A DNA stretch of 64,000 nt from contig OZ024740.1 in the NCBI GenBank assembly GCA_964016885.1, positions 75,950,001-76,014,000 on the forward strand, written 5' to 3'. Below are positions 53,650 through 64,000 of this stretch, one piece after another. Source of the DNA: Eledone cirrhosa (lineage: Eukaryota). Positions within the stretch are counted from its first letter, which is position 1. Every line of letters begins with the position of its first letter. A program made the translations under genes and the position numbers. The notes under the pieces are model-generated. The model did no database searches and was not told the DNA's origin. It saw only the letters and a program-made list of their open reading frames with translations.

Positions 53650-53714
53650 TATTTTATCTGATGAAAGCGTACCAATGTTGTCTTGGTTGCTCTTGAAATA
53701 TATATAATAAAATA
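53650..53714 (+). ncRNA. Type I hammerhead ribozyme
   Basis: tattttat CTGATGA aagcgtaccaa-tgttgtc-ttggttgctctt GAAA tatata TA ataaaata (8-bp stem I). Confidence 0.8.
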
Positions 53715-53857
53715 AATATGGTTTTATAAATATTGTTTCCATTTATTTAATATCATTGAATATTTACTCCAGTAAACTGTTGCGTGCTCTAAATCAGTTA
53801 TAAACATTTATGTTTGTCGGACTTCCAACAAATTAAATACAACTTCTACTTATATAT

Positions 53858-54720
53858 ATATAAGTATGTATACGTACATACATATATTTGTACAGACGTA
53901 CAGTAGTATGTATATATATACATACATGCACACATATATATATGTACGTATGGGTTTACCGAACATTTATTATAATGTTCGGTTTATTTGTAAACAAACA
54001 GCCCGAATTACGCCGAACATCGTTCCTGGGTCAGTGTTGAACAAAAGGGCGACGATGGTTTCTGAGCACTGTACTACGTAATTCGGACTGTTTGTTTACA
54101 AACAAACCGAATATTATAATAAATGTTCGGTAAACCCATATGTATATATATATATGGTGCATGTATGTATATATATACATACTACTGTACGTCTGTACAC
54201 ATATATGTATGTACGTATACAAACTTATATTTAGGTATCAGCCGTACTAAGAGTGAAAAATGAAATTTCGTTTCATTCTTTTCCATTTATCGTTTTCAGT
54301 ACCCCGGCCGACTAACTCACTCGATATGCAAATTAGGCTGCTCAGTCGTTAATATGCATAAGGAAAGTATATACTTTCAAACGTTCAATCATCTGACAAA
54401 AAGGTATACGATGCTGACGATAGCTAATAAGCTTGAAACTAGTACAGCGTTCCTTTGTCAGTGTTGAACAAATGAGCAACGATGGTTGCTAGACACTGTA
54501 CGGCTTAATTCGGGATGTTTGTTTACAAACACACCGAGCATTATAATAAATGTTCGGTGAATCCATACGTACATATATATATATGTGTGCATGTATGTAT
54601 ATATATATACATACTACTGTATGTCTGTATACATATATCTATGTGCGTATACATACTTATATTTAAGTAACAGCCGTACTAAGAGTGAGAAATGAAATTT
54701 CGTTTCATTTTTTCCGTTTA
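53858..54720 (+). mobile_element. Retrozyme-like element: 5' inverted arm + 427-nt monomer + partial second monomer
   Basis: 53858-54012 is the inverse of 54077-54230; 54018-54290 is repeated at 54445-54720; hammerhead at the monomer junction. Confidence 0.8.
54408..54450 (+). ncRNA. Minimal type I hammerhead ribozyme
   Basis: acgatg CTGACGA tagct-aata-agctt GAAA ctag TA cagcgt (catcgt in the other monomer). Confidence 0.82.
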
Positions 54721-54747
54721 TATATATATGTATATACATATATATAT

Positions 54748-56375
54748 CATCATCATCATCATCATGATTTTACGCCCGCTTTTCCCTGCTTGCAAGGGTG
54801 CGACGGGTCTTATTCAGCATCTCTCCACTTGTCACGGTCCTTCGTCATCTCCATCGTGAGCTTCAGCGATCTGAGGTCTGTTCTCACCACCTCCGCCCAT
54901 GTTTTTCGTGGTCTACCTCAACCACGTCTTCCTTCAACTGGCATTTCCTGGCACTTCAATCATCTGACAAATGAGCAACGGTCACCCTCCATGCGCATCA
55001 CATGTCCATACCACTTCAGTCTCCTCTCTCGCACACTACATTCTATCCCTCTCAGACACAGTTTCTCTCTCAACACATTCATGCTGGGTCGTTCACGCAC
55101 GTTGACACTGCATATCCAACGGAGCATGCTTGCCTCATTTCTCTCCAGCCGTCGCATATCCTCTGCAGTTGCTGCCCATGTCTCACTACCATGCAGCATC
55201 GCGATCCTCACACAGGCATCATATAACCGGCCTTTCGTGCGCAGGGAGAAACCCGTCTTCGTCAGCAGAGGAAGCAGCTCCCTAAACTTCTTCCAACCCC
55301 TCCTTATTCTAGATACTATGCTCTCGGAACACCCCCTCCCATGCTAATCTGATCACCTAGGTACCGGAAGCTACCCACCACTTCTATAGCACCCGCCTGC
55401 ATTTGATAAATGTGTCTATCAATGCGACTTCTGCTGTCTAATTTCCATGTACATCTACTGCATTTCTCCCTACCTGTTAGTTTGCCTGCTATCCCACTAC
55501 ATCTCTTGTGTACCCAGGATCTGCATTGTGTGCATTTTATAGAATTTATACCAGTTCCTTTTCTGCATATCGAACATGGTCATTTCCCTGACGGAATCAG
55601 AGTTTTATCCTCTTTTCTACTCATCAACACCTTTGTCTTAGCTAGGTTCATTCTCAATCCTCTTGCTTCCAACTGCTGTTTCCATAGCCAGAATTTATTC
55701 TCTAGCTCCTCTACTGATTCTGCTATAAGAACCAGATCGTCAGCATAGAGAAGTTCCCATGGACAGCCAGTCTTAAACTCCTCTGTTATGGCTTGGAGGA
55801 CTATAATGAACAAAAGCGGGCTGAGGACCGAACCTTGATGTACTCCTACTTGTATCTGGAATTCCTCACTAAACTCCATTCCTACTCTCACTTTACTGAC
55901 AGCACCTCTGTACAAAGTTTGCACTGTCCTCACAAGCCATCCCTCAACACCTAATTTCCTTAGAGACCACCAGATGACAGATCGAGGTACCCTATAAAAG
56001 GCCTTCTCTAGGTCAACAAAGGCTAAGTATAGTGGCTTATTCTTCTCTAAGAACCTCTCTTTTAATTGTCTCACCAAGAAGAGGGCATCTGTTGTACTTT
56101 TCCCAAGCACAAAACCAAACTGCATCTCTTCTAGTTTGACCCTTTCTCTAATTAGTTGTGCTAATATCCTTTCTGCCACTTTCATAACCTGATCCATCAG
56201 TTTTATACCCCTATAATTGCTCCTCTCCAGAGTATCCCCTTTATCTTTGTAGCAATTTATGAGAATACTGCTGCACCAGTCTTTGGGTATGACATCATCA
56301 TATATAGCCTGATTGATGATGCATGCAACCAGTTTAGCACCGACTTCTCCTGATGCCTTCAGCATCTCAGCAACT
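54748..56375 (-). mobile_element. RTE LINE 3' half (RT + 3' UTR + (ATG)n tail)
   Basis: NYRGIKL, FVDLEKAF, GVHQGSVLSPLLF, LLYADDL, MLHGSETW, RLKWYGHVMR. Confidence 0.93.
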
Positions 56376-56530
56376 ATATATATATATATAATGTTTAATA
56401 AACAATACAGAGGTTTCCCGAATAAGACGAATACGAAAAACGTCCTCATTCGTTCGTCGGACAAGGCAATACTTACATAGAGCACTCTTCACTCCTATGA
56501 CTTTTTCAATTTTCAACGGAAACTTCAATA

Positions 56531-56577
<47 letters not shown>

Positions 56578-56667
56578 GGTAGAACACTGGAAGTTAATAT
56601 CCGTAGTGGTAGAGCACTCAGTCCATGGGAAAAGTTAGGTAGAAGTGGTTACACAACAGTTAGTTCA

Positions 56668-56717
56668 CCATACCGAGAACAATTGTTTCACCTTAGCGGA
56701 TCCTCAGCTCGTAATGG
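56668..56717 (-). ncRNA. Hammerhead ribozyme (inverted copy of 58787-58836)
   Basis: Reverse complement of the 3' pseudo-LTR ribozyme. Confidence 0.78.
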
Positions 56718-56795
56718 ACATGGTTATACTAAACAGGAAGGGCAACCGTACGAACGCGCATGTGCAGAAACCGGTCACTTCACACAGGCAATACT

Positions 56796-58644
56796 TTCGC
56801 AAACACCCTAACACCTTTCAAACTAAACTCAGAAATGATATTAAGAAATTTAGGTCTTCTAATAACACCTTCGTTCTTTCCGACAAAACTAGTAATATCT
56901 ACAACACCACTTTCCGCCACCTGGCCCATAACGCTATTACTTCCAAATATAAGAAAGCCAACCCTATGGCCTACCACGACTTTAATACAGAATCCAAAGA
57001 ACTTGCCGCCGCCCTTAAGATAGATAAGAAGCTACAATCTCTAGCTAAGCTGGAGGCGTTCCTCACCCTGAAAGATCACAAGGTAGACTTTACTTCTAAC
57101 CCCACATGTAGACTAATAAACCTGGCACGCACAGATATGGGACTAGTCAGTAAGGCCATACTTAGAAACATAGTTAAGACCATTAGGACCAAGTCCAACC
57201 TGCCCCAGTGGGAGAACAGCAACTCCGTAATTAAGTAGTTTAACTCCTTAAAATCCCCAAAAGCGAAGTTCACACAGTTTGACATTGTCGATTTTTACCC
57301 GTTGATCTCAGAGACCCTGTTAAACAAAGCGTTGGACTTCGCTACCACTTACACTATCGTCGATGGTTTAGACAGGGAAATCATCGCTCACTGCCGGAAA
57401 AGCCTCCTCTTCAACGACGGAGTGGCCTGGGCAAAGAAGTCTACAACTTCAGACCTATTCGATGTCTCCATGGGATCGTTTGACAGTGCTGACTTATGTG
57501 ACTTGGTTGGCCTATTTATTTTAGATATATTACGTGTTAGATTCCCGGACTTCCACACGGGAATATATCGCGACGATGGACTGACCTTATCGAGCCATAA
57601 AAGTGGTCACGACCTCGACAGGTTTAAAAAAGACTTAGCTTCTACCTTCAATGAGTTAGGACTTAGGATAACAGTAGCTACCAACCTCTCTAGCCTAGAC
57701 TTCTTAGACATTAATTTAGACCTTCGCACACACACCTACAGACCCTTCCATAAGCTAAACGAAAAACTCAATTACAATCACAAGGACACATGCCACACTC
57801 ACACAGTTTTTAGAAACTTCGTAAATAATATCAGTACTAGAATCTCAAACCTCTCCTCTAATAAGGCTATCTTTGACAGGGCGGCACCCTACTATAACAC
57901 GGCGTTAGCTAACAGCGGCTTCTCGCAACCTATAACTTACTCTCCCACTATCAACAACAGCAATAAGAAAAGAAAGCGTAACAATAGACAAACTATCTGG
58001 TTCTCTCCCCCTTCTCACTCAACGTTAAAACCAATGTAGGCAAACAATTTCTAGGCCTCTTAGATAGACACTTTCCCATAAGTCATAAATACCGCTCCAT
58101 CTTTAACAGACACAAAGTAAAACTAGGATACTCCTGCGCTAAGAACATGAAGGCCCACATCACCAGCAGCCCTAGGAGCAACACCCCACCAGGGGGCTCT
58201 TGCCGTAAGCCCGAAGCTTGTCCTCTTCAACAGCAATGCAACACACCCGCTATAATTTATGAAGCTGTGGTCACTTCCAACCGACCAAACCAACCACAGG
58301 AGGTCAAATCCTATGTGGGTATGGCGGTGGGCCGATTTAAGGAACGCTTCCTGAACCACCAGTCGACCTTTAGGTACCCGGACAGACGTTCATCCACGAA
58401 ACTCGCGAGCCACGTATGGTCCCTCAAGGACTCGGGTATAGACTACTCCATTCAATGGAAAGCCATCACTAAGTCCAAGTCATACGCAAGGAGAAATCCA
58501 TCGTGTGAACTATTTATTGATGAACGAATAAATATTCTAAAGAGATTATGCAATAGTGATTGCCTAAATCGGAGAAATGAATTCTTCACACGTTGTCCAC
58601 ACGCCTCGAAACACCTCTTGCATAACTACAAAGCTCCGGATTGA
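56796..58644 (+). pseudogene. PLE RT + GIY-YIG, 5'-truncated, TAG at 57236, frameshift near 58010
   Basis: SDKTSNIY, TLKDHK, CRLIN, FDIVDFYP, VSMGSFDSADLCDLVGL, YRDDGL, LDFLDINL, IWFSPP, IIYEA..SYVGMA..FKERFLNH..LNRRNE..CPH. Confidence 0.93.
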
Positions 58645-58786
58645 ATTACAACAACATCATAATTTTCTTTTCAACTAGAAACTTTTCGGACTTTCTCGCA
58701 CGCATTTTAGTATTGCCTGTGTGAAGTGACCGGTTTCTGCGCATGCGCGTTCGTACGGTTGTCCTTCCTGTTCAGTATAACCATGT

Positions 58787-58836
58787 CCATTACGAGCTGA
58801 GGATCCGCTAAGGTGAAACAATTGTTCTCGGTATGG
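58787..58836 (+). ncRNA. Minimal type I hammerhead ribozyme in PLE pseudo-LTR
   Basis: ccattacgag CTGAGGA tcc-gctaa-ggt GAAA caattg TT ctcggtatgg. Confidence 0.8.
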
Positions 58837-58859
58837 TGAACTAACTGTTGTGTAACCGC

Positions 58860-59795
<936 letters not shown>

Positions 59796-59869
59796 GCGTC
59801 TAAGCCATGCTAGCGGGGAAGATGGACGTTAAACGATGATGATGATGATATATAGGTATATATATATCA

Positions 59870-60140
59870 TCTTCTTCAGCTGAGTTTACACTCGCAAAGA
59901 TTCAGCATGCTTTCTCCAATCGTCCCGGTCGAGCATGACATTTCTCAGTTCGTCGATGTTACCATAATGGCATCTCTCAGCAGAGTATCAATGAATGAGA
60001 CGTCTTGTCATCCCATGCTTCATTGTCTGACCGCCGGTTTCCAGAGCACAAGTTAAGATGCTGTCTCTTCTGGATGACGGCTGCAGTGCCCAGCCAGTTT
60101 CATTCGTCGGCAGGCAACTCTTTTTGAGACTGGTGGTAGT
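59870..60140 (-). pseudogene. 3' fragment of a second RTE-like LINE family
   Basis: Minus: KRVACRRMKLAGHCSRHPEE..LVLWKP..FIDTLLRD..LRNVMLDRDDWRK. Confidence 0.65.
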
Positions 60141-60458
60141 GATTTGTAACATCTACTTACAATAAATTTGTAACATCTACTTGCACGCTTGTTGTAACAT
60201 CTACTTGCACTCTCTCACTCATTTATTTCTTTATATTTTTCACTTCCTCATTTTCTTATTATTTTTTAATGTACCCTATCTTATATTTTACTTCTTACTT
60301 TTTACATCTGTATCTTCTCTATCTATTTATCATACATGTCTTATTATTGATGTTATTGCTTTAATTATACGCTATTTTTTTTATTGATGTTATTGTTTTG
60401 GTTTTACGCTGTTTTTCTATATAAGTCTTGCCCCGAGTGAATTATTTTCATATCTACA

Positions 60459-60567
60459 TACTCTGATGTGTTGACCAGTGGTAAACGATGTATTGGAGAT
60501 CGATTGACGCAACCTCAAGCGATTAGCGAACTCTAGACGCACCTGATCAACGAAACAATTGTCAGTA
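60459..60567 (+). ncRNA. Type I hammerhead with expanded stem II (core CTGATGt)
   Basis: tact CTGATGt gttgaccag...ctgatcaac GAAA caattg TC agta, then AATAAA. Confidence 0.65.
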
Positions 60568-60617
60568 CTTTAAATAAAGCCCTTATTGTACAGCCAACCA
60601 TGTTACTCTCCTTTCTT

Positions 60618-60738
<121 letters not shown>

Positions 60739-61007
60739 TTTGCTCCGAAATCATTAGACGTGTCCGTCGAACCTGCAGATCCAGAATCAGACAGATCCAT
60801 ACAATGATTGTGTCTCGAGCTGTCCGCCGGCAAAACAATTGTAACACAATAAATTAAGTTCAGATGCATCACTAATTTTTCGCTTATATTATATCATGCT
60901 ATGCTCTTACAGAGCATAGAGTGCTCAACCGGCATACCGCCTATGGAAGCATCTTAGCTACCATCACACACACACACATACACACATATATATATATAGA
61001 GGGATAT

Positions 61008-61333
61008 GGAGGCACATGGCTTAGTGGTTAGAGCATTGGCCTTGCAATCGAAAGGTAGTGAGTTCAATTCTCAGACCGGGTGATGTGTTGTTTTCTTGAA
61101 CAAGACACTTTATTTCACATCGCTCCAGTTTACTCAGATGTAGAAATGAGATGATAGGGATCCCAGTCCCTATCATTCCAATGCAAAGTGGTCGTGGAGG
61201 TGCCACAGCAAAAAAGCACCCAGCACTCACTGTAAATGAGGTTGGTGTTAGGAAGGGCATCCAGCTGTAGAAATCAAGCCAGAATCAGTTCCCATCCCAC
61301 CCTTGCAAGTAGGGAAAAGCGGATGTAAACTGA
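61008..61333 (+). mobile_element. SINE family A, full length
   Basis: A-box-like tggcttagtgg, B-box-like gagttcaattc, RTE-like tail. Confidence 0.88.
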
Positions 61334-61362
61334 AAAAAAAAAAATATAGGTATATATATATA

Positions 61363-61776
<414 letters not shown>

Positions 61777-61789
61777 TATGTGTGTGTGT

Positions 61790-63275
61790 GTGCATAAAGG
61801 TAGATAGTGTTTTGTTTATGTATATCTGGAATGAATGCTTAAACAAGAAAACTGCTTACCAGAGAGTTTGACTCAGCGGTGTCCTTTGAATTATATAGCA
61901 TAAATGTTCAAGCAGAAGAATATGGTATATAGGTCCAGAAGAATATCATGGATTATATTAATATAAACAAGTAATGCACCAGGAAACATATAAATATCGG
62001 CGTGAAAAGAGATTAGGATTTTATTTGCTTTAACATATGTTTCTGTGTCTATTTTAAATTGTCTACATATGCTGACTACAATATATATTGTTCAATCATG
62101 TGCAATACTTAATTATTTATCACACTTCTTCAGAAAGCTTATAATTGTGGAAGTGACTATCCACCATGTGGTACAATTCAGGAATGAGAAGAAGTTCAGT
62201 ATAAAAATAGTATTTTCATTTAAGAAAATATTAGTCAAAATGACAATAAAAAATAGAATGAAATATTGTGTGATAGTAGAGAGAGTTAAGAGGAGAGGGG
62301 GTGGGGGTAAAGAGTTTCACATTATCAATCTTTGTGCTGTTATGTGGAACAATTATTCTTTGACCATTGGTATGGGTGAAGGCTTTGATGTTTGCCATAT
62401 ATGGTCACGAGGGTAGAGAGGATAGAAAGAGGAGAAGGTAGAAATTAAGAGTAGGATAGAGTGGATAGGGAGAAAGAGGAATTAAGAAATTGAGATTGTT
62501 TTGAAGATTACTGAATTCTTTGGGTGAGTGTGAAAAGTTGAAATGCCACAAGAAATGTACTAAATAGGATGTAGTAAAATCTAGGTATTAGGAAATGTAC
62601 TAAATAGGATGTAGTAAAATCTAGGTATTAGGAAATGAATCTTGTTCTAGTCCAGTTTGTATTTAGTGAAGATTTTTAGAACCTTGTGTTTGCAATTAAC
62701 CCCACCACGCTGGGAATTTAGAAGGTCCTTTCTGGTTGCTATTTCAATTACCTCCGCCAGCTATAATTCACAGGGGCGTCTTTCATTCCGGTATGGATGG
62801 GCAAATTTCAGCACAGACCATTGTAGTGTGTATTCAATATTAGTGCGCTTCATATCCCAGATTATTTTTTTTGCTAGGGCCATAGATCTAGCTAAACTGG
62901 GGTTTCTAAACGTGTGGTTGTGCACATACCATTTTTTCTTGAAAATATTCAAAGTGGCACCCACATATTTATATATTCCCAGTTTAGATTTGACCTCACA
63001 TTGATAAGTGATGTTTTTGTACAAACATTTACCCGATAACGGACATTGCTGGGATTTTTGCTGTTGCAATTTGTCTGTGTAGAGTGTTGTGGTTTCTTCT
63101 CAAGTTCTATGGTGGAGGTGTTATTCCGAGTATCTTGTTGCTCCGGATATGTGCATGGAGTAACTTTTATCAAGGACTGTTTCAACATATAGTGGTTATT
63201 GACTCAACAAGAGGTTTACTTCAGGAGATCGATTGTAGGGTGATCCTTAGAGTAGTTACTAAACAGCAATGAAAC
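61790..63275 (-). mobile_element. 5'-truncated PLE (GIY-YIG + 3' UTR + hammerhead)
   Basis: CPLSGKCLYKNITYQCEV..YKYVGATLNIFKKKWYVH..NIEYTLQWSVLKFAHPY..PCEL. Confidence 0.8.
62027..62138 (-). ncRNA. Type I hammerhead with expanded stem II
   Basis: Minus: gcttt CTGAAGA agtgtg...acaca GAAA catatg TT aaagc. Confidence 0.68.
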
Positions 63276-63339
63276 ATATGTAAAGAAATATGGTAGAAAA
63301 AAATCCTTCTGTATTGCTAATCTGTAAATCTTTATTTAG

Positions 63340-63394
<55 letters not shown>

Positions 63395-63429
63395 TATACT
63401 TACCTCCCCAATCCTCACATACCCTCCCC

Positions 63430-63660
63430 AGCTCACACTGTAAAGTGGTTGTGTAGGTGTCACGACACAAAGCACCCTGTACTCACTGTAAATGTGGTTG
63501 CCATTAGGAAGGGCATCCAGTCATAGAAACCAAGACAAAATCGGTTCTGTATGGGCAACACAATCATCTGACCTTGACTTGCCTCAAATAGGACAACCTG
63601 TCTAACCCGTGCTATCGTTGAAAATGGATGTTAAACAGTGATGATGATGATGATGATGAT
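63430..63660 (+). mobile_element. SINE family A-related 3' part
   Basis: cactgtaaagtggttg..aggaagggcatccag..gtctaacccgtgcta..(tga)n. Confidence 0.7.
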
Positions 63661-63725
63661 TATATATATATATATATATCTTTATGTCTCTATATTTATA
63701 TTTACATACATATATATATATATAT

Positions 63726-64000
63726 ATGAGGTGGTAACAAAAAGTTCCTGGACTAGTTATGTTTATAAAAACTAATATATTTACCTAAGTTTTAACATCA
63801 TCTTCTTCAAAATAGTCACTTTGCGCAGCAATACACCAGTTCCAGCATTCCGCCACTTTTGGAATCCGGCCTAGAAGCAAGTTTTGGACCTTCTGCAACT
63901 CACTCTGGATCATTGGCAACAGTGTTAAAACAGCAATCTTTGAGTTGCATTTTCAGCTTGGCAAAGAGATGGAAGTTTGCAGGTGCTAAATCTAGTAAAT
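63726..64000 (-). mobile_element. mariner-like transposon 3' remnant
   Basis: Minus WNWCIAAQSDYFEEDD (mariner C-terminal W..C...G.YFE motif); TIR-like ta|tgaggtggtaacaaaaagttcc. Confidence 0.65.

Noticed and set aside
54685-55748. Plus-strand ORFs of 220 and 112 aa (and similar ORFs over other elements)
   Set aside because: Antisense shadows of RTE, Helitron or PLE coding sequence
57236-57238. Possible recoded stop (selenocysteine, as reported for some PLEs)
   Set aside because: The codon is TAG, not TGA, and is most simply a TGG mutation; the ORF also has a frameshift
61008-61085. tRNA gene (also the SINE B heads)
   Set aside because: A/B-box-like motifs lead directly into SINE bodies; no complete cloverleaf seen
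62552-62637. Short tandem duplications (40 bp here; ~110 bp at 43236-43410; near 38630-38700)
   Set aside because: Ordinary slippage duplications with no further structure

Overview
Gene-free, very AT-rich eukaryotic repeat DNA. The (TA)n/(TATG)n/(CA)n microsatellites and SINE types suggest a cephalopod such as Octopus (inference). I find no host gene; most listed ORFs are microsatellite artefacts. Recognisable content: at least seven Penelope-like element (PLE) remnants, RTE, CR1 and CRE-type LINE fragments, two tRNA-headed SINE families, a decayed full-length Helitron plus two non-autonomous Helitrons, an internally deleted Merlin transposon (47-bp TIRs, 9-bp TSD), and Tc1/mariner remnants. 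The main hidden signal is about 20 type I hammerhead ribozyme motifs (stem I-CTGANGA-stem II-GAAA-stem III-NUH-stem I), most with a palindromic stem III. They lie in PLE 3' ends and in small non-coding retrozyme-like elements that sit in (TA)n arrays and often carry fold-back inversions of about 50 bp to 3.1 kb. One unit begins exactly at its ribozyme cleavage site and another folds back at the ribozyme stem II loop. All folding, alignment and coordinates were done by eye, so boundaries are approximate.
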